Below are positions 1 to 13,776 of a stretch of DNA of 64,000 bases, one piece after another. The notes below the pieces were generated by a model. It was not told the DNA's origin. It did not search any database and saw nothing but the letters and a program-made list of their open reading frames with translations. Made by a program: the position numbers and the translations under genes. The stretch covers positions 363,258,001-363,322,000 of the forward strand of contig OZ024743.1 of assembly GCA_964016885.1 (NCBI GenBank), in the 5' to 3' direction. Origin of the DNA: Eledone cirrhosa. Taxonomy: Eukaryota. Positions within the stretch are counted from its first letter, which is position 1. Each line of letters opens with the position of its first letter.

Positions 1-1382
1 CGGACAATAAACAGGATAAATTTGGGTTTAAAACTTATAATAACCCTCCGAGTAACCCAGCTTTGTTACCTTTCGAAAACGATGTCTTTGAACTCATACG
101 GAGTATCAAATTTAGGAACAGGAGCAATTCCTTCCAAGAATAGAATTCGTTCTATTAAGGATTCTAATGTCGTGCACGTCCACTCCGACAAAACTGGTAA
201 TCTATATCAAGTGGAGCGCAGTACTTACCATCAACTGTTACATAATGCTGTAACCAAGGATTACCGGAAAACTGATCAGAGTGTTATCAATGACATCAAC
301 GATGCTGGGTTTAAAATCACTTCAGAACTCAACATCCAGGACCGGACCGAACCTCTGGACCCTAAGTATCCCCACGTTACCCTGAAGGGTAAAACCCAAT
401 TTCGCTAACAACTCTTCTATTCTGCTAATTAACCCTACGAAGTCTGATTTAGGTAGACTTAGTAAAAGAATTTTAGATAGAATTATACCTGAAATTAGAA
501 ACTTGGCCCCCCTTGCACTATGGAATAATTCTTTCGCGGTGATAGATTGGTTCAATGGCATATGCAACAAGGAACATTGCCGTTTTATCCAATTCGACAT
601 CAACAACTACTACTCCTTCATCACTTTACCACTTCTTCTTACAGCTATCAATTTCGCTAAAACGCGCACGGTGGTTAAGGATTTCGAAGTTGATGTCATT
701 TCCAAAGCCTGTAAGTCGGTGATTAATTTCGACGACTCTATTTGGATAAACAAATCTAATAGTACCCCATTCCAAGTGAGTATGGGCGCCAGCGATTCGG
801 CGGAGGTTACTAATCTTATCGGCCTTTTCCTTCTTTTATCTATCAAGGTAGAATTCTTTAACGTAGGCGGCGGCCTGTACCGCGATGACGGTCTTTTGAC
901 CATGACAAAGTGCTGTCCACGCGCTTGCGACCGGTTTAGAAAAGAACTTACAGCTTTCTTTAAAGGTTTCAACCTCTCTATACAGGTTGAGGCCAACGTT
1001 TCGGTCGTAAATTACCTCAACGTTACCCTCAATTTATCGAATGGCTTGCACTACCCGTATAGAAAGCCGAATGATTCGCTTAATTACATCAGTATGCATT
1101 CTAACCATCCTGCCAGCATAACCAAGAACCTGGTAAGAAACGTTTCTTTGAGGCTTTCTCGTCTATCTACAAACGAGCATATTTTCACCGACCATTCCAC
1201 ATATTACAATGAAGCTCTTGCTCGGAGTGGATTTGTCGATAAGGTAGCATATACTAAGTATGAGCATAAACCTAGGAAAAATAGATCCCGACGCATTATA
1301 TGGTATAATATGGATGTGGCCACACCATTAGCTAAAATCTTTCTTTCCCTTATTAAGAAGCATTTCCCCTCAGCACATAAAT
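1..1382 (+). mobile_element. Penelope-like element (Naiad type), copy 1, RT region; frameshifted and cut by the window edge
   Basis: ORFs 22-408 and 503-1420 give PLE RT motifs (FIQFDINNYY, VSMGASDSAEV, LYRDDGL, YRKPND..YISMHSNHP). The DNA is colinear and highly similar to copy 2 at ~55300-56710. Confidence 0.9.
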
Positions 1383-3741
1383 ATGTATTTACAATGTGCA
1401 ATTGTGGCACTCACCAATAGGCTTATGCATGGTGCCCTGGATCCTCACATCCGAGGCTTCTTTTTTTCAGCTAGCCTGACCGCTGTCAGGAAGAAAGAGG
1501 GTAGCATACGCCCCATCGCTGTGGACAATGTCTTCCGGAGGCTGGCTGCTAAGGTGGTCTGCAGGTCCATAACACCTGAACTGGATGAGGAGTTCAGTCC
1601 GGTGCATAACACCTGAACTGGGTGTCGGCGTGTCCGGTGGCTGTGAGTGGGTCGCACATGCAACCAGGCAGTTCTTCAATAGCTGCCCACCGGAACCGGT
1701 ATCCAGGGACTCCAGATACGCTTGTCAAGCTTGACATGAGGAATGCCTTTAACTGCATACGCCAGGTCAATCTGCTCGATGCCTGCAACAGCTGAGCCCC
1801 CTACGCCTACCCGCTGGTCTACTTGTCATATCGAGCCCCGAACACGCTCCTTGCTGCTGATACGGTCACCTTTGGCCACTGCGGTTCAACAGGGAAACCC
1901 TTTAGGCCTCCTCCTGTTTGCCCTTGGTATAGACCACAATGCCGGGAGTATCACGGCCCCTCTCAACGTTTGAGACCTGGATGATGCTACGCTGGGCGGG
2001 GCCCGTGGAGACTGTCTGCCATGACCTTCAATCGGTGGTTCCTGCCCTGGCGGGAATCGGCCTCCAGGTCAACTCGTGAATGTCAGCCACGATGCTGAGA
2101 GCTTTGCAGCCTCCGTCTCAGACGTGCGGTTCATTCTCCACCAGGTACAGGTGACCCCAAAGAGGATGTCCTCATTCTAGGGTCACTGATCCACCCGCCG
2201 GCCATCCGCTCCACCATAAGGCCTAGGCTCCAACAACTCCAGACCCTCACGAGCCGACTGGGGTTGATCGATTGCCACCCAGCTCTCTTCCTATTGAGGA
2301 AATGCTTCGCCATGCCGAAGCTATTCTGCACCCTTCGCAGCGCTCCGTGCTACAGCCACGCATCTCTCCTCGCTGACCTCGATACTTGTATCCGAGCGGC
2401 AGCGGAGGAGATATGCAACGTCAGGTTTGACTACATTGGATGGCAACAGGCCCCGATCTTGCTGGCTTTGCCGACGTTCCTTTCATCGGTATGACCGTCT
2501 CCCCCTTCCGCGGTGGCAAAGCCCTCGTCTGGGATGCTACTTGCAGCGACACTTTCTCCAACCGCAACCTGGTGCAGTCTGCGACTAACCCAGGTACTGC
2601 TGCACGTCGGGCTGAGGGGGCCAATCTCTCCAAGTACCGGTCGCTCTCCGATAGGTTCGCGGTTGTGCCCTTGGCAGTGGAGACATCTGGTTTCCTTGGC
2701 CCTAGGGCTACCTCCCTATTCACCACCATAGGCGCTGAGCTGGCCAGCCGCAGGTGTGAGCCTCGCGAGTTGGAATGGCTCTTCCAGCGCATCTCCCTTA
2801 CCGTCTTCCGGGGAAAAGCCTTCTCCATCCTGTCCGTCGGGTCTGTGGGGAGGCCAGCACGTAGGACCCCATTTGCTCACCATACGGATTAATAGGCAAA
2901 ATTATAAACTATCGTAAATAAAAAAAAGAAATAGAATCAGAACCCTCTGTGTTCAGAGAACGTGAGGCCGCCTGTGAGACGTGGGACCGGCTGGGACTTA
3001 GCCCAGTAGACGTCCCTCCTCCTTCTTCCCCTGTTGACGTCAAGTCCCCCCCCCACCCCACCCCAACGCACTTGGGATGCCATCCAGTGCAGCCTGGCCT
3101 CAGACAGGCTCACGCGCCAGCTCGACCAGCACCGCCTTGCTTGTTTTCGTGCGGCCTCCAAACCCCTCAGTGGTGCCTGGCTCCATGCTCTGCCCTCCTT
3201 CTCCACTGGCACGCAGCTAGACAACCATAGCCGGCCGCATTCCACGCCATACTGCCCTCAACGAGGTCATTAACCTGGCTTGGACGCTGCAGGCTTCCCT
3301 TCCCAGCTCGAGCCGGTGGGGCTGGATCGAGGGGACGGCAAAAGGCCAGATGGCATGACCATCTTCCCGTTCCGCGGTGGCAAACCCCTCGTCTGGGATG
3401 CCACTTGCACCGACACTTTCTGCAGCCGCAACCTGGTGTAGTCTGCGACTGACCCAGGTTCTGCTGCACGTCGGACTGAGGAGGCCAAACTCCTCAAATA
3501 CCGGTCGCTCTCCGACAGGTTTGTGGTCGTTCCCCTGGCAGTGGAAATTTCTGGTGTCCTCAGCTCCAGGGCTACCTCCTTACTCACCACCATAGGTGCT
3601 GAGCTGACCAGCCGTAGGTGTGAGCTCCGCGAGTTGAAGTGGCTTTTCCAGCGCGTCTCCTTTGCCATCCTCCGGGGAAACGCCTTCTCCATTCTGTCCG
3701 CCGGGGCTGTGGGTGGGCCCCATCACGTACCAATACATTAG
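1383..3741 (+). mobile_element. Decayed CRE-clade-like non-LTR retrotransposon (RT plus restriction-like endonuclease), with its C-terminal part present twice
   Basis: GC-rich block. RT motifs span several frames: GSIRPIAVDNVFRRLAAK, LGVGVSGGCE, VKLDMRNAFN, VQQGNPLGLLLFAL, LDDATL. The REL domain GK(A/P)LVWDATCxDT...VPLAVE..G...LFQR(I/V)S occurs at ~2490-2850 and again at ~3340-3715, where it is preceded by KRPDG. Confidence 0.8.
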
Positions 3742-3774
3742 TTAAATACCATTCTTTCATCGTTACAACTTATA

Positions 3775-4065
3775 TCCACATTAATGACGTATTATCTTTG
3801 TTGTCTAATGACTCGATTTATACCATAAACGTGCTTTTGTCTTTGCGCGTAATTCTTCTCATCGCTCCACATGACGTATTATCTTCGCTTTTTTACGTTC
3901 ATTGTCAGGGAACGTCTTCACGAACCAAAGTATCGTCTTCCTGTTTTCCTTCGGTTGCAATGTTTTTCGAAATATTTACATTGATTTTTTTTTAGTTTCA
4001 GAAGATCCTGTTAAGGGTGAAAGCAGCGATTCTTTGCTTAAACTTTAATCTGTTATTTTAATAAA

Positions 4066-4068
<3 letters not shown>
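3775..4068 (+). mobile_element. 3' terminal (pseudo-LTR) segment of Naiad PLE copy 1, ending in (TA)n
   Basis: Aligns by eye to ~57950-58310 of copy 2 (tgacgtattatcttcg...cagaagatcc.gttaagggtgaaagcagcgattctttgcttaaactttaatctgttattttaataaa) and runs straight into (TA)n. Confidence 0.85.
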
Positions 4069-4148
<80 letters not shown>

Positions 4149-4577
4149 GCTGTTCGCTTGACTGCTTTTAATTCCCTTCTGGCATTTTAGCAGTGATATT
4201 TTATTAACGTGTTGAGCACTACTGAAGTCGATCCCAACCGTTACTAACCCCACTGTAAAGTTTCGTGAAATAGTCTTTTAAGACTATATAGTGCATTTGT
4301 AGTTTTCCCCAAATTGACGGTTAAGTATTTTTTCTTGATTATAAGATTGTATTACTTATCCCAAATCTTACGTTAAAAATATTTCATCTTGATGTTATTA
4401 TAGTCACTTATATGTCTGAATTGTTGGCTTTTGTTTTGCTTACATTAATTTCTCCATTTTCATATATATATATATATGTGGTGGTGTGTGTGTGTGTGTG
4501 TGTGTGTGTGTATTAATATTTACATTTCATATATTTTACGCTTCTATATATTTTTGCATGTTATTATTATTTAATTT

Positions 4578-4860
4578 GCCTTTCAACCTTACGGAGTCGA
4601 TAAAATAAAGTACCAGTAATGTACTGGATAATTGCTGGCCTTGTGCCTAAAGTAGAAACAATTATTATTTAAATAATAGGGTGGATTGGCAGTATCGGTA
4701 GAGGGTCAGACGCCATGCTTTCCAGCATAGTTACGTCCCTTTATGATCTGAGTTCAAATCCCGCCGAGGTTGACTTTGCCTTTCATCCTTACGGGGTCGA
4801 TAAAATAAAGTACCAGTAATGTACTGGCCTTGTGCCTAAAGTAGAAACAATTATTATTTA
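4578..4860 (+). mobile_element. tRNA-derived SINE (family A), one partial and one full copy in tandem
   Basis: A-box-like tggcagtatcgg and B-box gagttcaaatcc, core tttgcctttcatccttacggggtcgataaaataaagtaccag, tail gtagaaacaattattatt. More than 12 related copies occur in the window. Confidence 0.85.
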
Positions 4861-6123
4861 AATAATAAATAAAGAAATAAAGAAAGAAATCATTATTATT
4901 TCCTTACTTTTCTGTATCTCACCTAACGGCAACTGGTTTTATATATTATATTGTACTACACCGCATAGTACATTCTATATATAATATGTTATATATTATT
5001 AAGTGACCCCCCATAGATTCAATAATAGCCACATTTTAAATTTATTTTAATTCTAATTTAACTTAGTTTAATTTAATTAAACTTCAGAAATAACTTCAAC
5101 TAATCACTTATTTTTCCTGACTATATTTTTTCTAAGTTTCATTGTGTGTATCCTCTCTCTCATAATTTTTAACGCCATGGAGGCAACATATAGGTAGCAG
5201 ATTATATATTCTAGAATATGTAATCTGCTACCTATATGTCTATCTTCGTACTATTTTCCTCGATATGTGGTCGTTGGTGAGGTGTATTAATCCATCGACT
5301 GGTAACATGTGGTCCTTTGAGTAACGCCTTGTTCAGACTAACTTTGACTATGACCGAGAGTGCTTGAAAATTGACTAATTAATGAATCAATTTTCCTCTC
5401 CCTTCACTTTTACATATACTCGGTCAATTGTCACGTGCTTACTTTGGACTTTACAATGATATACTGGACTACCGGACCGGTCGAAAATAAGCCACACCAA
5501 TTTTAGCCCTCAACATAAACACACGTATATACACACGATAGATCTTAACAGCCACTTAATATACTCTCCTTTCGAGATATAAAAAAAATAACTGCCTTTA
5601 TTTAACAAATTCTAGTAAACTATTTTTGTTTTCGATGATTCCGTAATCTTGTAATTCTTATTATTAATGCAATCTTACAACCTTATAATTGTTAGCATCT
5701 TGTTTCAACCCCTATTCTTTGCCTGGCAATATTATTTTTATCTGTAATCTTACATAACAATGCCCCCCTTTACGTACACTTACAGTACGTAAAGGGGGGG
5801 GGGTGTATTAATCCATCGACTAGTAACCTGAAAAACGACCGACAAATTAATATCTTTAGATCTCTGCGACAGTGTAGCCACAACTATAATTAAGGAGTGA
5901 CATTCTCCAACAAGGTTTATGTCATCATTTAGCAGCCCCTACCCCCTCCATCACACCGACTAGCCCACAAAGTTGGCATCGGGAGGCATTCGGGGACGGT
6001 CTGATACCGATATAACACCATATTTGCTGATGGTCCCCGAATCGAATTTTCTATTTTCTTTTTCCCTATATTCCATTATATGTTTGGGTTCAACGTAATC
6101 CTGTTACATAATTCTACAGATGA

Positions 6124-6194
6124 CACCTGATGAGATTACTCTGTCTTGCATCATAATCGGTTGATGGAGCTGGATCATCGAAATATGTATAGTG
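6124..6194 (+). ncRNA. Candidate minimal type-I hammerhead ribozyme
   Basis: cac-CTGATGA-gat...atc-GAAA-tatgta-TA-gtg, with a 3-bp stem I and a long irregular stem II. Confidence 0.5.
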
Positions 6195-6359
6195 ATTTCA
6201 CGGAATTGTGTTGTTAGTCCTCCGAGGAACTGGAATCATATCATATAACATATAATTCCAGGTCCTCGTAGGACTATCAATACACCCAGGAGCTGGACAT
6301 ATCGATGAATTGACAGAGTGGAACACCATGTTTACCTGTTCTTTCTACATTAATTCGTA

Positions 6360-6412
6360 CTGCCTGATGAGATCACAGCCAATAATAGCTGTCACTGAAA
6401 TATATATAGCAG
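6360..6412 (+). ncRNA. Minimal type-I hammerhead ribozyme
   Basis: ctgc-CTGATGA-gatcacagc(caataata)gctgtcact-GAAA-tatata-TA-gcag. Stem I is ctgc/gcag and stem III is palindromic. Confidence 0.7.
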
Positions 6413-6557
6413 AGAATTTATAATAAACGAAGCCAAATTTAACAAATTTAACGACTTACTTATTTTACATTACTCCGGAGTAAACAAACCAACCTGCGTA
6501 CTTCGTCGAGTGCTCCAATCTGCATACTGAGGTGCCGGTAAACAACCAACACATACT

Positions 6558-6650
<93 letters not shown>

Positions 6651-7053
6651 CCATTCTATCTAGCTATCAACACTATTCATCGACTTCACAATATTCTAAT
6701 TTTTATCTCCCTATAATCTCCTCATTATCTCTTCTGCATCCACTACTTCTTATCCCCCTCCCTCTTCTCCTTTAAAAACTTCCTCCTTCTCTATGCGGCA
6801 CGTGACCGACATAAAACTCTTCAGGGCACAGTTTATCTAGTGCCATCACTTCAGGAAAGTGGTATGGAGCGAACAGAGAGAGCCTCTGTTTGCGTGACTT
6901 GGGGGGGTTTATATAGTCTATATAGTCGTGTGTGTATAGCAGATACCACCGTGGATGGGGCACGATTCTATTTGATCCTTCTATCATTTTGTTACTAGTT
7001 ACTCTTTCCTACAATAAATTAAAATGTAGATTTGCTGCAGGATAAAATGTGTG

Positions 7054-7094
<41 letters not shown>

Positions 7095-7098
7095 GTGT

Positions 7099-7212
<114 letters not shown>

Positions 7213-7353
7213 GGGTTTCCGTAGAATAGATTAAGGAAAAAGAGCGTTTTGTGTTAAGTACAGAGTCAAAATATATTATTATAAATAATTTCTCAACACA
7301 GTAGCTTGCTACCTATGATTTCAAAGCCTACTCATGGATAGGTCATAGAATCG

Positions 7354-7438
<85 letters not shown>

Positions 7439-7899
7439 CATGTATATGTAGCCATATATATATATATATACACATATATACACATATATACATATGTACA
7501 CACATAGACGCACACTCATGCGTCCCATACATACAAGAATGAGAGTGCAAACAACTGAACGCATCGTTCCTTGCACAGAACGGTTGCAGTAACCAGATTA
7601 ACGAGTTAGGGGGCTAGTTGACGGAGTGACAGTCAGCAAACGATCGTAAGTTCTCTAAAGTGAAATAGAATATAATCCATATGGTGTACCAAAGTGGTAA
7701 AAAGCATTCGAACATTGGTTTGAGGCGAAACATTGTAGTTGTGTTAACTGAGCTTAGACATAAGTTGTTAAACACGGGGAGGCAAAAGCTGTCTAACGTT
7801 CACGGATAACCACAATTCGATTTTTGACAGACCATTATGAGCACGTACACACCAATTCTATATTTATTTTCGATCGTTAAGAGCTTGCTGCGACTAAGT

Positions 7900-9075
7900 G
7901 AGGGATAGTGCAGCGAATAGACGATCAGAACAGCATGTGGTTTGGTTCGGTCCCAACCTCCAGTTGGATAGGTTAAGAGCAGGGTCACCTATCTCATCCT
8001 GAAATGGCATAAGAGAAAGCTATGCTTGAAAGGTTGGACAGAGGTAGTCAACGTGTAAATCGTCTCTGTTGTATATACAGCTTTACCCAGTTTTCGTCTG
8101 ATCAGACTGGAATGTGTGCTCTTTCACTTCTTGTCCGAAGAACATTTTCCACTGGTCAAGTGGTACATCTACAGCTAGTATTCTCGGTACACCGTACTGT
8201 TAGTGCACAAACATGCTTTTTCTCTGGTACGTTTTCCCCACACCTTATCTCTTTAAGAAGACTGCAGTCATGGATCATGCAAAAATGGAGATCGGATGCC
8301 TGGCTTCTGGAATGTTGTCAAGCGCACACAGTTTTCTACGAGCCGAGAAATGTCGAGAGGAAGTGCCAACGTTCTCCAGTACATTCTCGGTGTCGAGGAA
8401 AATCAACTGAATGGCCTGTTGCGGGGAAACTTAACCCCAGATACTAGATACCCTCAAGAAGTCCCTGTTCTACTGAAGCACTGCCGGCTCGAGATATAAT
8501 CTATAAGCTCAGAAGTGTCGTCAACCGAGTATATTCGAGATACGCTCGGCGCGATGAAGCCGTGCTACACACATATATTTACTGTCTAAGTATTGTTAAT
8601 TTGTGGAGTTATGTCAAACAGCTATTTTTGCCAGTATGGCGGATTCAGCTAACGGTCGAGTGTCTCGTAAAGATTGCCTCACCTCTCTCTTTTGACTAGA
8701 GAGAACAGGTAATTTTCTTCTTTCCGTTGGTTATTGCGAATGGGTCAAGCGAAGATAGAGAGGGAGCGCTTGAAAACTGGAATGTCATTAAGTAAGATCG
8801 GTGGAAACTCCTGGTGAACAGGCCGGGTAAATAGGCCTGCTCTTAGTATATCTTTAGATTAGAGGAAGGCAACTAAGAAGAAGCATTTGCCCTAGCAGTC
8901 AGGGCACACCAGTCTCTCCACTATTGGGAATTTTCTTTTGCTTTGACTTTCTTTCATTTTACAATTTTGTTGTTTTCTGTTATCACAATTTGTACTAGCA
9001 AAACCCGCATTATATTGTCCTGTGTCGTATTCAATGTTTTTTTCGTGTCAGCCGTGTGTTGCTAATAAAAAATAA
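7900..9075 (+). mobile_element. Decayed 3' part of a Tx1/L1-clade LINE
   Basis: Translation near 8478-8625 gives ALPARDIIYKL...DEAVLHTYIYC..IVNLWSYVKQL, matching the C-terminal region at ~12490-12620. The 3' UTR and aataaa tail resemble 13100-13170. Confidence 0.55.
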
Positions 9076-9096
9076 TTATTATTGTCATTCTCATTG

Positions 9097-9290
9097 AATT
9101 GGCAGTATCGGTAGAGGGTCGGACGCCATGCTTTCCAGCATAGTTACGTCCCTTTACGGGCTGAGTTCAAATCCCGTCGAGGTTAACTTTGCATTTCATC
9201 CTTACGGGTTGATAAAATAAAGTACCAGTAATGCACTGGTGAATTGCTGGCCTTGTGCCAAAAGTAGAAACAATTACTATTATTATTATT
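9097..9290 (+). mobile_element. SINE family A copy
   Basis: Same head, core and tail as 4679-4860. Confidence 0.85.
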
Positions 9291-9499
9291 TGAAACTTCC
9301 TTTGAATTCTGCCTCTTTCCCAAACCATGCTGAGTGTCAACATGACACACGAAACATTTGATAACACACATTTTACAATGAATTGTCATACAAATGATGT
9401 CACAAGGGGTACAAACAACAATAAATGTTTTTGCAAGGTTTTTAAATTGATACTGCCCTTCGTTTTTAATTGATACTGCCCAAGGTTTTTAAATTGATA

Positions 9500-10765
9500 C
9501 TGCCCACGGACAATGAGTCAGTACTATTGTCTGTATCTCTTGCAGAGATGGCTTTCCAGATATCTGGTCCAAATATTGTTCAGTTCCCTTTTTTATCATT
9601 GACAACTGGGATTGCAAGTGCTTTTATGGCAGATTGCTTATTCCTCGAGGTAAGCTGTTTTCAAGACAGCATACTCTCCGATAGCATTCCATCCCGATTC
9701 TTTCTCTCATGCTGGCGTTGTGATTACCTTGGCCTTCATTGATCCCTAGATATCTGTAGGCTTGTTCCTGTTCTAGTTCCCTAATTACTGTATTCACATC
9801 TATTTCCATTGAGTTTGTGCTTGTTATTCTGCCTTTCTTGAACGTTGCTTTGGCGCATTTTCCCAATCTAAATTCCATCCCTACATCATCGCTGAACACC
9901 TTAACTGTCTTCAGCAGTCCCTCCAATTCGTCGTCATGTTTAGCATACAGCTTCAATCATCCATATAAAACAGGTGATTTATAGTTTTGCTGTCTATTTT
10001 GTAGCCATATTTTGTTTGTTGAGCGCTAAAAACAGCGGTGTGATTGCAATTCAAGATATCAGAGGAGAAAACGAATCACCTTGAAAAATACCACAGTTAA
10101 TACTTATGCGGCTGGAATTTATACGTCAATTGACATAAAGACATATTGTATTTCAGGAAGTTTGATATCACTGGAGAAAGTATCAGGACATCCAAAGTTT
10201 TCAAAATCCATGAGAGGGAAACACTATCAAATGCTTTCTTATAGTCAAACTTCTGTGCTTGTTATGAGAGTTATCCAGAATCATACGGTTAATGAGAAGT
10301 TGGCCTTTGCATCCGTAAGACCCACTGCGGTGCCCTTTCTGCTCAATAGAGAAAAGGTGATTTTCATCTATAAATTTGAAAGTTGTCTTAGTGAAGATTG
10401 AGGTGAGAATGTAGGAATGCACGTGATAGAACGATAATTTTTTGGAATATTTGTTTCTGTCTAATATTTGTTTCGGCAAGGGATATGTTATACCTTGTGC
10501 AAACCAATCAGGAGTATTCGCAGGATTGTGCATAATTTCGTTATAATATTTTACCAACATATCAAGATATTAGAGAAGATAACCAGAAGTTTGGCACTTT
10601 ATCAATGTTTGCTTTCTTTAGTGCCAACTCCAGTTCTTCCATAGTTATGTCTTGCCAAGTTTGTCTTTCTAAATTATTGTATGTTTCTTCCATATTCTTT
10701 ATCCATTCTGTATTTGCATTATAGGATTTTTCTCCATACTGTTTTCGAGAATTCTTCAATTTCAT
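9500..10765 (-). mobile_element. R4/Dong-clade-like non-LTR retrotransposon RT fragment (pseudogenised)
   Basis: Minus-strand motifs DKVPNFWL, PDWFAQGITYPLPK, EQKG.RSGSYGCKGQLLINRMIL, GIFQGDSFSP, HLFYMDD/KLYAK, FSDDVGMEFRLGKCAK and YRYLGI. Confidence 0.8.
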
Positions 10766-10849
10766 GAATTGAAGGAGGTTTCTTTATTTGAATTGTTTAT
10801 GTCCCAATTTCCCTTTTCGCATCGGACATAAACAGCTTATTCTGCCTGT

Positions 10850-13175
10850 ATTTTCCTTTTCAAATCTGATTCTTTGAAAGTTCATCTGTACTTTCTGTTT
10901 CTGGGCCCGCGTGGCAAGGGCGCAGCGTGGGGAAGAAACGCAATTCGGTTTTTGACGGACCGAGACGGACACGAGCTGAGCGATTCCAGGTGGATAAGTG
11001 AGGCCTTTCGCCAGCACTTTGCACGGTTGTTCAGGGACAGTGGCTGATCAGAGACGGTAGCGGACTTCAGTCCTTACCTCGACGGCTTGCCGCTTCTGTC
11101 GGTGGCCGGCTCTGAGCGCTTGATGCTATTATCAGCTGCACGAGACACAAGTCACCCGGTTTGGATAGTCTGCCCTACGAGCTTTACGTAAATATGCCAG
11201 ACTTGTTCACCGATCTCCTCGAAGCGCTCTACTGCAACTGGCAGCAGAACGGGAGTATTCCCAGTTCTGTGAGCCGGGGCGTAGTGACACTGATAAGGAA
11301 AGACGATAACAAGAGGGACGCATTAGATAACTTTAGGCCCATAACTCTATTCAAAACAGAGTTTAAGATTTTGGCCAAGGAGTTAGCGAAGAGGTTGGCG
11401 CTTCCGTCGAAGATTTGGTTGGGGAGGCGCACACTTGCGCAATCCCGACCAGGTCCATAAATGACAGCCTCGACCTCATGTGATACCTCATAGAGAGGGT
11501 AGGATGTAAACTTGGCTTCGGTGGGGCTCTGATAAATTTAGATCAATCGAAAGCATTCGATAGGGTCGACCATCGGTACCTGAAGGTTGTCTTCAAGGCA
11601 GCTGGCTTTGGCCCCGTCTTCTGAAGCTGGATCGTTGCAATGCACAGTGGCATCTGCTCGGTGGTCAAACTTAATGGCTACCTCTCGGAACCGTTTCAGA
11701 TTTTCCAATCGGTCTGTCAAGGGTGCCCTCTATCCTCCCTTCTGTACGTATTTACTCTCGAGCCTTTACTGTGGAAGCTGGAGCTGTTGCAAGGCATCCC
11801 GCTCGAACCGGGATGCGGAAAGTTTGTGTCTGCTTATGCGAACGACATCACCGTGATGGTGTCGGACACCTCGGAAATCGAGGTGTTCGGCACCTTATTG
11901 GAGAAATATGAAAGGTTGACGAGAGCGAAACTTAAGCCGGAAAAGTCGGTGGGCTTTCAGCTCGGCACCTGGAGAGGCAAGTCCATGCCGTCCAACAGCG
12001 TCGTTGGGCGCTGGACGGACAAACTGGTAAAGTTTCTCGGGGTTTGGTTCGGCACAGACCTCAAGTGGATAGGAATTGGGACGAGGTGATGATCAGGGTA
12101 GGGAGTCTCACCCAGAAATGGGCTGTGAAGAAGCTGTCAATGAAAGGTCGGTGGAGGTGGCGAATGCGTACATCGCGTCCGTCATCTACTACCGCCTGGC
12201 CGTCGTGCCTTGCCCCTGTCCGTACCTCGCCAACTTAGAACGGCTCCTCTTGAAATTCTTGTGGAGGGGACAGGTTCCGGCATCTCCAGATATTCTGCTT
12301 AAACGGTGAACAGGTTTGGTCATCATTTGTCATACGGGTGTTTCCGCAGCTCGTCTCTTTGACTGAGCTGCAGTCCTGTGTCAAGAAGGGACCGAGACTG
12401 GCTGACTGTCCAGTCTGGTCCAGAAGACTTTCGAGCCGTGGACGATGGATAACTTCCAAAAATCCCTCGCTTGGCAGTGCTACCGATGGACACTGCCGGT
12501 TCGAGATAAACTCTACAGGCAGAGAAATGCTGTCAGACGGACCTGCTTGAGATGCGCACAGAGCGACGAAACCGTTCTGCACGCACTCGTCCAGTGTCCG
12601 TGCATTACTGACTTGTAAAGTTAGGGTTGGGGTTAGGTTATCGCGGCAGAGTCCATATTGAAGATCGATCCAGCGCCTTCTTTTGACCAGCAAGGGCAGG
12701 AAATTTTACCCTGCCTGGTAGCGGTAGCGAAAGAGCTTGTGTGGTGGACCAGGCTGAAAGAACTGAAGACAGACACTTTTCTCTTCGGCCAATCCTTCAC
12801 CACTTTTTCAAGTTCCACTTGGTAAGGAAGGTGAGGGTGGAAAAAGAAGTGCTGTCCCCTCAGTACATTTGCTGAAAGGAGGGTGAATGTGGCGAGAATG
12901 GCCTGTGTGAATGGGCCTACTCTGATCATGCGCCTGTAGGCTGGTTAATTTGAGAGGGAGAAGGGTGCCCTTGCCGGACGCCCTCGAAGTAGCGGGTGGT
13001 TCAGGATTGTGGGGTACCTGAGTCAACCCTGCTATTGATGAATTTTCATTGTTACATTTTTCTTGTTATTTTGTTATTGTTATTTATATTTTTACAAGTT
13101 TTATATGTAAACCCCACTGTCCTTGTCTATTGTATTGTCCCCTATATGTCGGCCCTGGTGGCCAATAAATAAAAC
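10850..13175 (+). mobile_element. Tx1/L1-clade LINE, 5'-truncated ORF2 (RT) with frameshifts
   Basis: SPGLDSLPYELY, NFRPITL..TEFKILAK.LAKRL, LDQSKAFDRVDH, SVCQGCPLSSLLY..LEPLL, SAYANDITV and VKFLGVWF. The T-rich 3' UTR ends in aataaataaa. Confidence 0.85.
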
Positions 13176-13189
13176 TATTATTATTATTA

Positions 13190-13776
13190 ACGTTCTGAGT
13201 CAAAATCCCGCTGAGGTTAGGTTTGCCTTTCATCCTTACGAGGTCGAGAAAATAAAGTACCAGTAACGTACTGGATCGTTTTAATCGACTCTCCTCTCCC
13301 CTTCAAATTGCTGGGTTTGTCCCTAAAGTAGCAACAATTATTTTTATCGTTAGGGTGGTAGATTGGCAATATCGGTGGAGTGTTGAACAAAATGCTTTTT
13401 GACATAGAGTTACGGCCCTTTAGATTCTGAGTTCAAATCCTACCGAAGTTTGCTTTGCGTTTCATCCTAAAGCACTCGATGAAATAAAATCCAAGCAACA
13501 CACTTGGGTAGATTTAATCGCTTTCCCCCCACAAAAAATTGATGCCCTTGTACCTAAATCAGAAAGCATTATTATTTCACTGGCGGTGGATTGGCAGTAT
13601 CGGTAGAGGGTCGGACGCCATGCTTTGAAGCATAGAGTTACGGCCCTTGCCATTCTGAGTTCAAATCCCGCCGAGGTTAACTTTGCCTTTCATCCTTACG
13701 GGGTCGATAAAATAAAGTACCAGTAATACATTGATGAATTGCTGGCCTTGTGCCAAAAGTAGAAACAATTATTATT
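13190..13776 (+). mobile_element. Three consecutive SINE family A copies of different divergence
   Basis: Copies at ~13190-13340, ~13352-13575 and ~13581-13776, each with a B-box-like motif (gagt[t]caaa[a]tcc) and a ttcatcct core. Confidence 0.8.

Noticed and set aside
13581-13675. tRNA genes
   Set aside because: The A/B boxes belong to SINE heads and no cloverleaf forms. The same applies to the tRNA-like fragments near 31630 and 43965.
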